DNA of 64,000 bases, the filler included, from a candidate division TA06 bacterium SM23_40 (GTDB lineage Bacteria > LJUI01 > SM1-40), in NCBI GenBank assembly GCA_001303705.1. It is 5 parts of 5 records of this genome, joined end to end, with 100 filler letters (N's around TTAATTAATTAA, not from the genome) between each part and the next. Parts side by side here need not be neighbours in the genome. Positions count along the whole stretch, not along the records: positions 47,232 to 56,189 come from LJUI01000101.1; positions 56,290 to 64,000 come from LJUI01000122.1; 3 more parts are not named here. One strand, written 5' to 3'. Of the stretch, positions 51,438 to 62,818 are shown one piece after another (position 1 is the stretch's first letter; every line of letters starts with the position of its first letter). A program made the position numbers and the translations under genes. Below the pieces are notes generated by a model that was not told the origin of the DNA, did no database searches, and worked only from the letters and a program-made list of their open reading frames with translations.

Positions 51438-53378
51438 TCACGGTTCGCGACGGAATGGCGAGAACGGGCGCGCGAGGGAGTCGGCGCGCATTCGCTGCTG
51501 CTCAGCTAGATCCCTCAGCCCGAGTTCGTCGTACAGATCGGCAAGCGCCCGGCGGAGAGAACGCGAGCGGGGAGCCGAGGAGATCGCCCGTTCTAGTACA
51601 GCGATTGCCTCCTCCTCCCTGTGGAGGCGCCTCAGGACGAGAGAGAGGTTCCGGGCCGCCTCGTGATGGCCGGGGTCCAGCGCCAGCGCGCGACTGAAGG
51701 CCACGACCGCCCTCTCGGGATCCCCGAGGTCACGGAAGACGAGGCCGAGATTGTTATGTGCGCCGGCCGCCCCCGGGTTGACCTCTATCTCTTCGATGAA
51801 CGCCTCCCGCGCTAGCGCAAGAGCGCCTGCGCGATAGTATGTCACGCCCAGATTCAGATGCGCAAGAGGAAATCGAGGTTCTATTTCCAGACAGGCGAGA
51901 TACTCCGCGCGAGCCCGATCCAATTCACCGTCCCTGAGGAAGACATTGCCCATATTGAAGTGAGATTGCGCGAAATTCCCCACGTCCACTCCCGCTACGG
52001 GAACGTTCGCCGCAACTGCTAACAACACGAAGAGGATCGTGAACCCCGCCACTTTCCCCCATTCCTGCCGGAGGACCTTCTCCGCGAGCCACCAGACGGC
52101 GGCACCTGCAAACAGGAGGAGGACGGGCACGGTCGGGAGACGATGGCGCGATGTGACGAAGAAGAGGACGACAGAGAGACCGTAGGCAATGACGAAGAGA
52201 TAGAGAAGGAAATAGCGTCGCCACATCCCGAGCGAGATCGCCATTCCGATCAGTGCAAGGGGGGCAACGATCCCGAACGGGAAACTGACGACGCGCCTCC
52301 ACATGAGCGTCGAGAGGAGACGTGAGTACCTCCGGAAGAAATAGATGTTCTGGTTGTTGGAGACCTCTATCCCGTTCCAGAAGATGAGGATCTTTTTGGC
52401 GGAGAGCTTCAGGAACGCCCCGGGAGATGACCCTGCGAACGCGACCCCCTGTCGCCACCAGTAGCGCGAGATCTCTGAAGGACGCAACTCGCGGCCCAGA
52501 TCACGCTCGGCGATGGCCACCTCGTCCCAGTCACTCCCCACCCCCGGCATGATCGCGCTCATACCATCAGCCCAAGGATTATTCCCGAGATAGAAGTTGA
52601 CCCCTCCCTGAGAAGCGATGGGCACAAAATCATGACCGACGATCCAGTTCCTCGCCGTGACCGGCGCGACGACCGTAACGATTCCGATCGCAAGGATCCC
52701 GATCCCACGGATAGTGCCGGCAGTACCTAGCTTCCTCCGCACGATAATGAGAGCCCAGACCGGCAGGAGGACGGCGAACAGGAGGATATTGGGACGGGCG
52801 ATCGCAGCCAATCCGAGGACGACTCCCGAGAGAACCCAGCGCTGCGCACTCGGCCGTTCCCCGAGGAGGAGAAGTGTCCAGAGTGCAAGCAGGGCGAGAA
52901 AGACGAACAGCGGGGCGATGAGAAGCTCGCCTTCGAAATAGATTAACGGACCGTACACTGCGGCACAGGCCGCGGCTGTAAGGCCAATGCGCCTCCCGAA
53001 GAGCCGTGTCCCGATGGCCGCGACGATGCAGCACGACAAGACACCGAGGCAGGCCTGGATGATTCGCGGGATGAGATATGAGTGGCCGACGACGCGATAG
53101 ATGAGACCCAGGAAGTACGGGTACAGCGGCGCGCGGAAGAAGACTTCTCCACCGAACCAGTCGCCCTGGGCAAGGTGGAGGGCCCACCGATCGTGATAGG
53201 ACGGATCGAGGAGCGGCGAGTCGAAGGTCGGGCTGGATCTCATCTCGAAGACGAAGAGGAGACGGAGGAGAAGCGCTATGACGATGATGATCCCGATGGG
53301 CACCAGATCGCGGGCGATCGACCGGCGCTGCATCCCCCCGATAGGGCCGCCCTGGGTGGACGTACTATCCTCAACCAC
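51438..53378 (-). CDS. GT-C fold (PMT/ArnT-like, GT39-type) membrane glycosyltransferase with C-terminal TPRs
   Basis: D..YHDRWA, FFRAPLYPYFL, RPN, NFYLGNNP, RHRLP; TPR helices AHLNLG and AHNNLG. Confidence 0.82.
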   Translation of the reverse strand: MVEDSTSTQGGPIGGMQRRSIARDLVPIGIIIVIALLLRLLFVFEMRSSPTFDSPLLDPSYHDRWALHLAQGDWFGGEVFFRAPLYPYFLGLIYRVVGHSYLIPRIIQACLGVLSCCIVAAIGTRLFGRRIGLTAAACAAVYGPLIYFEGELLIAPLFVFLALLALWTLLLLGERPSAQRWVLSGVVLGLAAIARPNILLFAVLLPVWALIIVRRKLGTAGTIRGIGILAIGIVTVVAPVTARNWIVGHDFVPIASQGGVNFYLGNNPWADGMSAIMPGVGSDWDEVAIAERDLGRELRPSEISRYWWRQGVAFAGSSPGAFLKLSAKKILIFWNGIEVSNNQNIYFFRRYSRLLSTLMWRRVVSFPFGIVAPLALIGMAISLGMWRRYFLLYLFVIAYGLSVVLFFVTSRHRLPTVPVLLLFAGAAVWWLAEKVLRQEWGKVAGFTILFVLLAVAANVPVAGVDVGNFAQSHFNMGNVFLRDGELDRARAEYLACLEIEPRFPLAHLNLGVTYYRAGALALAREAFIEEIEVNPGAAGAHNNLGLVFRDLGDPERAVVAFSRALALDPGHHEAARNLSLVLRRLHREEEAIAVLERAISSAPRSRSLRRALADLYDELGLRDLAEQQRMRADSLARPFSPFRREP

Positions 53379-53402
53379 TCACTCGCCTCCCTCACCTCGC
53401 TA

Positions 53403-53876
53403 TCACAGGATCTCCTCGACCTCCTTCCGGGGAAACTCCTCCTGCCCGTCGCCCAGCTGCTCGTTCTTCATGATGCGATCGAGTATGCCGTTGACGAATC
53501 GGCCCGATTCAGCCGTGCTGTACTCCTTAGCGACCTCGATGGCCTCATCGATCGTGACGAACGGCGGTATGTCTGACAGGTAACGGAGCTCACAGACAGC
53601 ATATCGCAGGATACTCCTGTCGATCGAGGCGATGCGCGATACGTCCCAGTTCTCCACCGTCTTCGCGATCGTCTCGTCGATCTCCTCGAGATGTTCCAGA
53701 GTGGTTCCCAGGAGCTCCCGGGCGAAATCGACGACCGGCTGCTCGGGCTCGGTCCTCTCGAGCACGTCGGCGAGTATCTCCACAGGGTCATCGCCGACGG
53801 TACTCATTCGATAGAGCGTTTCGAGAACGATCTCACGGGCCTGCCTCCGTCTCCCCGCGGTCCCCACTGAGGTCAC
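53403..53876 (-). CDS. nusB: Transcription antitermination factor NusB
   Basis: [32 protein letters not shown]...FVNGILD. Confidence 0.95.
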   Translation of the reverse strand: MTSVGTAGRRRQAREIVLETLYRMSTVGDDPVEILADVLERTEPEQPVVDFARELLGTTLEHLEEIDETIAKTVENWDVSRIASIDRSILRYAVCELRYLSDIPPFVTIDEAIEVAKEYSTAESGRFVNGILDRIMKNEQLGDGQEEFPRKEVEEIL

Positions 53877-54361
53877 CTCCTCGTCCGCCGCTTTCCCGGC
53901 AGAGAGCCGTACAGATCCACCATCTCCATCGCCGACATGGCCGCGTCCCAGCCCTTGTTGCCCTCCTTTGCCCCCGCCCGCTCTATCGCCTGGTCCGTAG
54001 TGTCGGCGGTGACAACGCCAAAGATGGTGGGCACCCCCGTAGTGAGGCCGACTTGCGCGACCCCCTTGGCGACCTCGGAGGCAACGTAGTCGAAGTGCGG
54101 GGTGTCCCCTCTGATGACTGCCCCCAGGCAGATAACCGCGTCGTATCGGCCGGAGGTAGCGAGCTTCATGGCCATGCTCGGGATCTCGAACGAACCGGGC
54201 AGCCAGAAGACCGACATATCCTTCTCCTCAGCCCCGTGACGAACGAGGCAGTCGATAGCACCCTCGACGAGGCGCCGGGTGATGAAGTCATTGAACCTGG
54301 GAGCGATCAGCGCAAACGTCCTCCCCCGAGCCGACAGAGTACCCCTGATCTCCTTAACCAT
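53873..54361 (-). CDS. ribH: 6,7-dimethyl-8-ribityllumazine synthase
   Basis: [41 protein letters not shown]. Confidence 0.97.
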   Translation of the reverse strand: MVKEIRGTLSARGRTFALIAPRFNDFITRRLVEGAIDCLVRHGAEEKDMSVFWLPGSFEIPSMAMKLATSGRYDAVICLGAVIRGDTPHFDYVASEVAKGVAQVGLTTGVPTIFGVVTADTTDQAIERAGAKEGNKGWDAAMSAMEMVDLYGSLPGKRRTRR

Positions 54362-54439
54362 CACTCGACCTCCTTTGGCTTCACCAGTCCGATCGGTCGT
54401 TCGATGCTCGAACGCTCGATCCTCAACATTGTGCACCGG

Positions 54440-55657
54440 CTAGCTATCGATTCGGTCCAACAGATGCCCGAGCTTGAGTTTCTTTGCTCGAAGGTAGTCG
54501 ATATTGGCCTGCGTCTGGCCCACCTCGATGGGCACCCGCTCCACTACCCGCAGCCCGTACCCCTCGAGCCCCACGATCTTGCGCGGGTTGTTGGTGAGCA
54601 AGCGGATCGTGGAGAGGCCGAGATCGACGAGGATCTGGGCCCCGATCCCGTAGTCGCGCGGGTCCGTCTCCAGGCCGAGAGCAAGGTTGGCCTCCACGGT
54701 GTCGAGCCCCCTGTCCTGAAGCTGATAGGCCCTGAGCTTGTTCAGCAGCCCGAGCGAGCGGCCCTCCTGACGCATATACAGAAACACCCCCTGACCTTCC
54801 CGCTCGATCGCCCTCAGGGCCTCGGCGAGCTGCGGCCCGCAGTCACAACGGTGTGAACCGAAGACATCACCTGTCAGGCACTGGGAGTGAACCCGGACCA
54901 GCACTCCCTCCTTCCCCGCAACCTCACCCTTCACCAGAGCGAGATGGTGATACTGGTCGAGAACGCTCTCGTAGACGATGAGCGTGAACTCCCCGTACGC
55001 CGTCGGAAGGGGTGTCGTCACGACCCGCTCCACCAGTTTTTCCTTAGTACGGCGATACTCGATCAGATCTTTCACTGTTACGATCGTGAGCCCATGCCTA
55101 TCCGCGATCTTGAGGAGAGAGGGAACACGCGCCATAGTCCCGTCCTCGTCCATGATCTCACACAGCACTCCCGCTGGGTACAGGCCGGCGAGCCGCGAGA
55201 GATCGACAGTGGCCTCGGTATGCCCTGCTCGGCGAAGCACTCCACCCCGAGCCGCACGCAGAGGAAAGACGTGACCGGGCCGAGCGAGATCCTCCGGCCT
55301 CGTCGCCGGATCGACAACCGCGAGGATTGTCCGCGCCCGGTCATGGGCCGAGATCCCGGTAGTCGTCCCATGCCGCGCGTCGATCGATACGGTGTAGGAG
55401 GTCCCGTGCTTGGCCGTACTGTCAGAGACCATGGCCCTCAGCTCGAGCTCGTCGAGCCTCTCCCCGATGACCGGCAGACAGATGAGGCCACGCCCCTCTC
55501 GGGCCATGAAGTTGATTGCCTTCGGCGTCACCTTTTCCGCGGCCATGACGAAGTCGCCCTCATTCTCCCGATCCTCATCATCGCAGACGATGATGATCCG
55601 ACCCTGCTTGATCTCCTCGATCGCTTCTTCGATCGTGTTGAAGTGGCTCATAGACAT
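54440..55657 (-). CDS. ribBA: Bifunctional DHBP synthase/GTP cyclohydrolase II
   Basis: [41 protein letters not shown]. Confidence 0.97.
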   Translation of the reverse strand: MSMSHFNTIEEAIEEIKQGRIIIVCDDEDRENEGDFVMAAEKVTPKAINFMAREGRGLICLPVIGERLDELELRAMVSDSTAKHGTSYTVSIDARHGTTTGISAHDRARTILAVVDPATRPEDLARPGHVFPLRAARGGVLRRAGHTEATVDLSRLAGLYPAGVLCEIMDEDGTMARVPSLLKIADRHGLTIVTVKDLIEYRRTKEKLVERVVTTPLPTAYGEFTLIVYESVLDQYHHLALVKGEVAGKEGVLVRVHSQCLTGDVFGSHRCDCGPQLAEALRAIEREGQGVFLYMRQEGRSLGLLNKLRAYQLQDRGLDTVEANLALGLETDPRDYGIGAQILVDLGLSTIRLLTNNPRKIVGLEGYGLRVVERVPIEVGQTQANIDYLRAKKLKLGHLLDRIDS

Positions 55658-55660
55658 CTC

Positions 55661-56188
55661 CTATGGCAGCGGTACTTGCCTCTCTCCTGCTGCATATCTG
55701 GCCAACACATCTATCTCTATGTTCACCCTGTCCCCGGGCCGGAGGTCAGAGAATGTGGTCACCGCCAATGTGTGGGGGATGATCGCCACCTTGAAACTCC
55801 GCCTGCTCGCTGATGTGACGGTCAGGCTCACCCCATCGACCGCGATGGAACCTTGTTCCACGATGCGGCCCGCAACATCAGGCGATACGGAAAACTCGAA
55901 TATCCACCCGCCTGCGGTATTTCGACGTGACCGCACAGTGCCCACGCAGTCGACGTGCCCGAGGACGACATGGCCGCCCAGCCGGTCTCCCGGGCTGACC
56001 GCCCGCTCCAGATTCACTCTCTGTGGCGGGCGAAGGTGTCCCATCTTCGTGCGGGAGAGCGTCTGGCCGGAGATCTCAACGGTGAACGAGGACGGCCCCA
56101 CATCGACCACAGTCAGGCAGACACCGCTGACAGAGATACTATCTCCCACCTTGACATCACTCAGAACCCTCTCGGCGTCCACCGTGAG
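55661..56188 (-). CDS. ribE: Riboflavin synthase (alpha chain), 3' part
   Basis: GDSISVSGVCLTV, VNLERA, GGHVVLGHVD, GSIAVDGVSLTV. Confidence 0.95.
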   Translation of the reverse strand, partial: LTVDAERVLSDVKVGDSISVSGVCLTVVDVGPSSFTVEISGQTLSRTKMGHLRPPQRVNLERAVSPGDRLGGHVVLGHVDCVGTVRSRRNTAGGWIFEFSVSPDVAGRIVEQGSIAVDGVSLTVTSASRRSFKVAIIPHTLAVTTFSDLRPGDRVNIEIDVLARYAAGERQVPLP

Positions 56189-56189
56189 T

Positions 56190-56289
56190 NNNNNNNNNNN
56201 NNNNNNNNNNNNNNNNNNNNNNNNNNNNNNNNNTTAATTAATTAANNNNNNNNNNNNNNNNNNNNNNNNNNNNNNNNNNNNNNNNNNNN
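56190..56289. other. Artificial contig linker
   Basis: N44-TTAATTAATTAA-N44. Confidence 0.97.
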
Positions 56290-59200
56290 CTCGTCGTCGG
56301 TGATCTGGATCGAGGTGGAGGCCGTCCCGCCCGAAGACACGTCCACGTCGATCTCGAACGACCACTGCTCGTAGTATCCGTCCGAATCCGCGTCGGTAAT
56401 GCTGACGGTGTCTACATCGAAAATGTGGGGCTGGTCGGGATCGTCGACCTGCATCAAGCCCTGATAGGTGTCACCACCGTTGGATAACGTGAATGTGAAA
56501 AGCACATCCTCGGGCGGATTGTCGGGATCGACCATCGCGTGGGTGAAGGGCCCTATCACCACAAAATCGCTGGAGGATACCCCTGTGAATGTGAACGGCC
56601 CGTACGGACCCCAGCTGTTGCCCTCATCGTCGGTTATCGTGATCGAGGTCTGCGCCGTACCCCCGTACGGAACGTCGACGTCCACCTTGAAATCCCACTG
56701 CTCGAGGTACCCGTCCCCGTCGGCGTCGGTATGGTTGAGGTAATAGACGGCCTCGATATACGGGATGTACGGACCGTCAACAGGTACGGTCTCCTGCGCG
56801 GTATCCCCACCATTGGACAGCGTGAACGTGAACACCACGTCCTCCGGCGGCGCATCGGGTGCCACACCGAAGTGCGTGAACGGACCGATCGTGACATTGT
56901 CGCTGGTGAGTGAACCGGTGAACGTGAACGGCCCGTAGCTGCCCCAGTCGTTGCCCTCGTCATCGGTGATCTGGATCGAGGTCGAGGCCGTCCCGCTCAA
57001 TGGAACATCAACATCGATCTCGAACGACCACTCCTCGTAGTATCCGTCCGAATTGGCATCTGTGGTCGTTACAGTGGTGACCCCCCAGATGTACGGCTGA
57101 TAGGGATCGTCAACAGGTACGGTCTCCTGCTCCGTATCACCACCATTGGACAGCGTGAACGTGAACACCACGTCCTCCGGAGGTGTATCCGGATCCACTC
57201 CGCTGTTGGTGAACGGCCCGATCGTGACGTTGTCGCTGGTTCCCGTCCCGGTGAATGTGTACGGCCCGTAGCTGCCCCAGTTGTTGCCCTCATCGTCGGT
57301 GATCGAAATCGACGTCGAGGCCGTCCCGCCAGATGGCACATCCACATCGACATCGAACGACCACTGCTCGTAGGAGCCATCCCCGTCATCGTCGGTGATA
57401 GAGACGGTGGAAATGCCCGCGATGCTGGGCTGATAAGGATCGTCCACCGGCACGGTCTCCTGCGCGGTATCCCCCCCATTGGACAACACTAACGTGAATA
57501 CCACGTCCTCCGGCGGCGCGTCAGGGCCGACCCCGAGCGCCGAGAAAGGCCCGATGGTGACGTTGTCGGTGGTCCCCGTCCCCGTGAAAGTGAACGGCCC
57601 GTAGCTGCCCCAGTCGTTGCCCTCGTCGTCGGTGATCTGGATCGAGGTGGATGCCGTCCCCCCCGAAGACACGTCCACGTCTATTTCGAAAGACCACTGC
57701 TCGTAACTGCCGTCGCCGTCGGTGTCAGTGATGTCGATAGTGGTGATGCCGGCGAAATAGGGCCCGACCGGCTCGTCCACCGGCACCGATTTCTGTCCTG
57801 TATCTCCCCCTTTGGAGAGCACAAACGTGAATATCACGTCTTCAGGAGGATTATCCGGATCCACCGCCTCTCTCGTGAACGTTCCCACGTTTACATTGTC
57901 GCTTGTCAGTGTGCCTGAGAATGTAAACGGCCCATAGGTTCCCCAATCATTCCCTTCATCGTCGGTAATCGAAATCGAGGTCTGAGCCATACCGCCGAAG
58001 GGGACGTCCGCATCGATCTCGAAATCCCACGACTCGTAGTAGCCGTCCTGGTCCGAATCGGCGGTATTCACCAGATAGACACCCGCCAGATAGGGCACGT
58101 AGGGGTCGTCAACATTGACCGACTCTTCTATGCTATCACCCCCGTCGGAGAGAACAAAGGTGAAGACCACATCCTCAGGAGGATCGTCCGGTGCCACCCC
58201 GCCATCAGAAAACGGTCCTATAATCACGTTGTCGCTCGATGAGGCCCCTACAAATGTATAAGGCCCATAGTTTCACCAATCGTTGCCCTCGTCATCGGTG
58301 ATCGCGATGTACGTCTGGGTCGTCCCGCCGTAAGGCACATCCACGTCTATCTCGAAAGACCACTCTTCGTAATAGCCATCCTGGTCCGTATCCTGATAGT
58401 TGATAGTGTAGATGTCGTAGAAATAGGGAATGGGGAGGTAGCAAACCGGAACGGTAACAGCGGACTGGTCGCCGCCGTTGAGCAGTTCGAAAGAGAATTC
58501 CACGTCCTCTGGCGGATTGTCCGGATTCACCGCTTCAACTGTAAAGGGTCCGATCGTCAAGTTATCGCTGGTAAGGTTCCCGCTGAACGTATACGGCCCG
58601 AAGGCGCCCCAGTCGTTGCCTTCGCTGTCGGTGATTTTTATCGAGGTCGACGCAGTCCCACTGCAATCCACATCCACGTCAATTTCGAAATACCACTCTT
58701 CGTAGTAACCATCGGAGTTCGCATCGGTGGTGCTGGTTATGTGAATATCGCTGATCTGAGGTTGATAAGGATCATCGACGGGTACCGTATGCGTGTGTGT
58801 ATTCCCACCATTACCGAGCTCGAAGGTGAAGTCCACGTTTTCCGGAGGCTCGTCCGGCAGGACCGCACACTTTGTAAACGGGCCGACAGTTACATTGTCA
58901 CTGGTCTCAGTGCCAGTGAACGAGAAGGGACCGAAGGAACCCCAGTCGTTCCCCTCGTCATCGGTCAACAGGATAGAAGTTTCAGCCGTGCCTTCATTGG
59001 GCACATCCACGTCGATGATGAACTTCCACGACTCGAGGTAACTGTCACCATCCTCATCCAGCGTTTCATACACATAGACATCGAATATGTAAGGGACCGC
59101 GAAAATACACTGGAATGCCCTGCTGTCGACCGGGGAGAGCTCCTGCTGGTCGTCCTCCGCCATGACATAGAATGTGTGATGCCCTTCCTCTATGTCGGTG

Positions 59201-59490
59201 TAGGTATGGGATGTCGCCGTCGTCTTCGTAGTAGGCGGATTTTCATCGAGGCCGATATAGTATGCAGAAACGCTTCCGTCCTCGTCACTGCCGCTCCAGG
59301 TGAAAGTGGCTTCCGATTCGAAGATAGTACCGGTCGGGCCGCCGGTTACCTCGACCATCGGTCTCAAATTGGGTTGTACCGGTTGCGGGATGACACAGGT
59401 ACCGGCAGAACACAACATTACTGTTACTACGAAAAACGGAATCGACCGATACGGAAGGACAGCGCGATATTCATGCCGAAAGATAAACAT
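56290..59490 (-). CDS. Large surface (lipo)protein with at least nine ~111-aa acidic DxDxDG repeats; one in-frame TGA at 58273-58275; 3' end truncated
   Basis: ORFs 58273..59490 and 56242..58227 are in the same frame and join through DW*NYGPYTF, where the other repeats read DWGSYGPFTF; 333-bp periodicity. Confidence 0.8.
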
Positions 59491-59629
59491 GTAGCGTCCC
59501 AGTAGTTGAGACCCTTAAACGCCGGCAGCAGGCTCGCAATCTCTATTCTTATATAAGAGCCCTTATATTCCTACCTCAACAGAAACTGTACCATCCGTTC
59601 TTATCACTTGTCAAACAGACAACTATCCC

Positions 59630-61003
59630 CTAAAGCGTCAGCAGCGAGTGCGCCTGCAGCATCGCGGACTGGATGTCTATTCCGTAAGGGCAGGCGCCGC
59701 TGCAGGGTGCGCTGCACCCGATGCAGTTGCCCGCGTCGGCCCCGTCCAGACCCGCGTACTCGAGCATGGCGGCCTTCTCGCGCCCCTGGCACTCGAAGTA
59801 GTACGCGAACCGCATGATATCGCTGACCGGCAGGTCGTACGGACACGCCCCCGCGCACATGCTGCATCCGTGACGGCAGTACTTGTCGTTCAGAACCAGC
59901 TCGTAATCGCTCAGGAGGGCCTCATCGGCGGCCGTCAGCGGCCTCCCGGAGAGCGGTATGATCTTGTCGATGATATCCAGGTCGTTCATACCCACGCACG
60001 TCGTGTGCATATCGGGATTCTGTGCGACCCACTGGATGCTCTTGAGCTTCAATTGCTCTGCGGATTCGATCCCGTATTTCTCGATGAACGGACGGGTGTT
60101 CTGGTAGGTCTCCTCCTGGCGTTGTATCTGCTGCCTCAATCCATCGATCGCCTGCTCCCTGGACCTGCCACGGCTCACCATCCGTTCGATGTATTCAGAC
60201 TGCTGTTCGGTGGGATTATCGGGATCGAACGGCGCCGGCCTCAGCATCCCGGGCGAGGTCTTCATTGCCGTCGTGCCGATATCCTTAGCCTTACACGCCG
60301 CAAGAACCTTATCCCCGATTTCCCTGTTCATGAAGTTGTACGAGAACAGGATCACGTCGAACCGGCCGTCATCGGCTGCGGCCAGGAGGATATCCTCGAA
60401 GCTGTCGGGGCTGCCCCTGCCGGGACCGTGGCAGGAGAAACCCCTGAACCGGGCTTTCCCGTCCGCCCTCAGGCGGTCGCACGCCTCATGGAAGACAGGG
60501 GTCTTGAGTCCCTCAATACTGGGCACACCGTGCATATAGAAGGCATTGACATGATCGGTTCTCATCCGCGCCAGACACTGGGCGAACCGGTCCAGGATCG
60601 TGTCGACGGTGTCGTTGTTACCCACGCCGATCTTCGTCGTAATGAAGATCTTGCTCCGGTCCATGAACTGCATCGCCTCACCGACGGCCCTCTCGGCGCC
60701 TCCCCTGCTGTATCCCTCGGCGACATCGAGGTAGTTTATGCCCTTCTCATACGCATACCTGACTACAGCGGTATCCTGCAGAGGAACCCCGCCTACGGCG
60801 AGATCCGAGACCATGAACTCGGTGCGGCCCAGTCTCTTGTGCCGCCGGATACGGTCTCCGCCTCCCTGGCGTCCACCGCCCACCAGGATGCTTCCGCCCG
60901 GACGCATGGAGAGGGTGCTCCCCGCGACGGCGGCGCCACCCACACCTAAAAAGTTCCTTCTGGATATCCCGTTCTGATTTGAATCGCTGGATTTATCTGA
61001 CAC
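59630..61003 (-). CDS. Aldo/keto reductase with Tat-like signal and C-terminal 4Fe-4S dicluster domain
   Basis: SRRNFLG, RLGRT, GINYLDVAEGY, FITTK, AMKT, C-terminal Cys clusters CSMCAGACP and CIGCSAPCSGACP; GTG start after AAGGAGG. Confidence 0.88.
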   Translation of the reverse strand: MSDKSSDSNQNGISRRNFLGVGGAAVAGSTLSMRPGGSILVGGGRQGGGDRIRRHKRLGRTEFMVSDLAVGGVPLQDTAVVRYAYEKGINYLDVAEGYSRGGAERAVGEAMQFMDRSKIFITTKIGVGNNDTVDTILDRFAQCLARMRTDHVNAFYMHGVPSIEGLKTPVFHEACDRLRADGKARFRGFSCHGPGRGSPDSFEDILLAAADDGRFDVILFSYNFMNREIGDKVLAACKAKDIGTTAMKTSPGMLRPAPFDPDNPTEQQSEYIERMVSRGRSREQAIDGLRQQIQRQEETYQNTRPFIEKYGIESAEQLKLKSIQWVAQNPDMHTTCVGMNDLDIIDKIIPLSGRPLTAADEALLSDYELVLNDKYCRHGCSMCAGACPYDLPVSDIMRFAYYFECQGREKAAMLEYAGLDGADAGNCIGCSAPCSGACPYGIDIQSAMLQAHSLLTL

Positions 61004-61238
61004 GGTGAGGCTCCTCCTTGACGGTCCTCCGCTCCCCGGAGATCGGTACGACGTGGAAAAATTTCTTTCGGGCACCTAAGATATTGTCCAGGCCCGACTC
61101 AAAGTCAAGGCGACGAACACTTCTCCTGACCCGCAGATTACGGTTATTATTACACTGCCACGTTATCTGCCCTTCAGACGCACTGGCAGAACCTCACCAG
61201 CACGGTGTGGCACCCAACTCTGAAAAGGGACTCGTTCG

Positions 61239-62750
61239 ATGCCGGAATCACCTCCCAACCGATCAGACATATCCCCCCTGCCCCTTCCCTCCGGTGACAT
61301 GCCGGTGGAGGACTTCCGTACCGCCGGCTACCGGGTGATCGACTGGATCGCCGACTACCTAGAGAAGGGGCCCCGGGCGCCGATCCTTTCCAAAGTGGAG
61401 CCGGGTGAAGTGACGGGCCGGCTGTCCGAAACCGCCCCGCCGGAAGGCAGCTCGTTCGATGAGATATTCAGAGACTTCGGAGAGATCATCTATCCGGGTC
61501 TCACCCACTGGAACAGTCCCAGATATATGGCCTACTTCCCCTCATCGGCCTCCGGGCCCGCCATCCTGGGTGAGCTGCTCGCCGCCGGCACCAGCCAGAA
61601 CGCCATGGCATGGCGGACCAGTCCCTCGGGCACCGAGCTGGAGCTGAGGGTGATGGATTGGCTCCGGGACCTGCTGGGGCTGCCGGGAGAGTTCCACGGC
61701 CATATAGTGGATACGGCCTCCATATCCACTATGCTGGCCCTGGCCGCGGCCAGGGAGGCGCACCGGGATCTCCAGATCCGCACCCGCGGCGCGGCGGGAA
61801 GATCCGACCTGCCCCCGCTCACGGTATACGCTTCGGAGGAGGCGCATTCCTCTGTGGACAAGTCGGTGATAACGCTCGGCTACGGGCAGGAACAGTTACG
61901 TAAGATACCTACTGACAATGACTACCGCATGATATCTCAATCATTACATGATGCCATCAGAAAGGATAGGGATGCCGGTTTCCATCCCCTGGCTGTAGTC
62001 GCCACCGTGGGCACCACTTCGAGTACGAGCATAGATCCTGTGGCCGAGATCGCCGACATCTGCCAGGAGTACGACCTCTGGCTGCACGTGGATGCGGCCT
62101 ACGGCGGGGTCGCCGCCATCGTACCGGAGAAACGCCACATCCTGGACGGCTGCGACCGCGCCGACTCCCTCGTCGTCAACCCACACAAGTGGCTCTTCAC
62201 GCCGATGGACTGCAGCGCCTTCTTCGTCCGCAGGCCCGAAGTACTCAAGGCAACCTTCAGCCTCATACCGGAATACCTGTCCAGCGAGCGCGACTCTGAG
62301 GAAGCGGTCACCAATCTGATGGATTACGGAATCCAGCTCGGGAGGCGGTTCCGATCCCTGAAGCTGTGGATGGTGCTGAGGTACTTCGGTGCCGACGGCA
62401 TGGCCGAGAGGCTCAGGTATCACATGACACTCGCGGACCGCCTGGCCGGTATCATCGAGGATCAGCCTGGGGTGGAACTGATGGCGCCCGTGAATTTCGC
62501 AACCGTCTGCTTCAGGTTCCATCCCGGAAGCCTGGAAGGCACCGAAGAGGAGATCGAGGCCCGACTCGAGGAGCTCAACTCCCGGATAATGGCCGAGGCC
62601 AACGCCACCGGAGAGGTGTTCCTGAGCCATACGAAATTGAAAGATCAATACACGCTGCGCCTGGTGTTCGGACACCTGAGGACCACCGGAGACGACGTAC
62701 GGGAGGTCTGGGAGCTCCTGACCCGATTGGCTGAAAAAGCAGCAGGCTGA
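61239..62750 (+). CDS. PLP-dependent group II decarboxylase (aromatic-L-amino-acid decarboxylase-like)
   Basis: PGLTHWNSP, WRTSPSGTELE, AHSSVDK, HVDAAYGG, NPHKW, GRRFRSLKLW. Confidence 0.92.
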   Translation: MPESPPNRSDISPLPLPSGDMPVEDFRTAGYRVIDWIADYLEKGPRAPILSKVEPGEVTGRLSETAPPEGSSFDEIFRDFGEIIYPGLTHWNSPRYMAYFPSSASGPAILGELLAAGTSQNAMAWRTSPSGTELELRVMDWLRDLLGLPGEFHGHIVDTASISTMLALAAAREAHRDLQIRTRGAAGRSDLPPLTVYASEEAHSSVDKSVITLGYGQEQLRKIPTDNDYRMISQSLHDAIRKDRDAGFHPLAVVATVGTTSSTSIDPVAEIADICQEYDLWLHVDAAYGGVAAIVPEKRHILDGCDRADSLVVNPHKWLFTPMDCSAFFVRRPEVLKATFSLIPEYLSSERDSEEAVTNLMDYGIQLGRRFRSLKLWMVLRYFGADGMAERLRYHMTLADRLAGIIEDQPGVELMAPVNFATVCFRFHPGSLEGTEEEIEARLEELNSRIMAEANATGEVFLSHTKLKDQYTLRLVFGHLRTTGDDVREVWELLTRLAEKAAG

Positions 62751-62776
62751 AAAAAGGGCGCCCGGGGGCGCCCTTT
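62750..62776. terminator. Probable bidirectional intrinsic terminator between convergent genes
   Basis: aaaaaagggcgccc-gg-gggcgcccttt inverted repeat. Confidence 0.8.
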
Positions 62777-62818
62777 CGGCTTCTCACGGGGATATGCCGC
62801 AGAACCCCCGCGTCCGTG

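Noticed and set aside
58273-58275. Genetic code 25 (TGA=Gly) or selenocysteine
   Set aside because: TGA ends complete genes on the same contig (62748-62750, 62819-62821) and elsewhere in the window. The position is Gly rather than Cys in the sibling repeats, and no SECIS-like hairpin was recognised.
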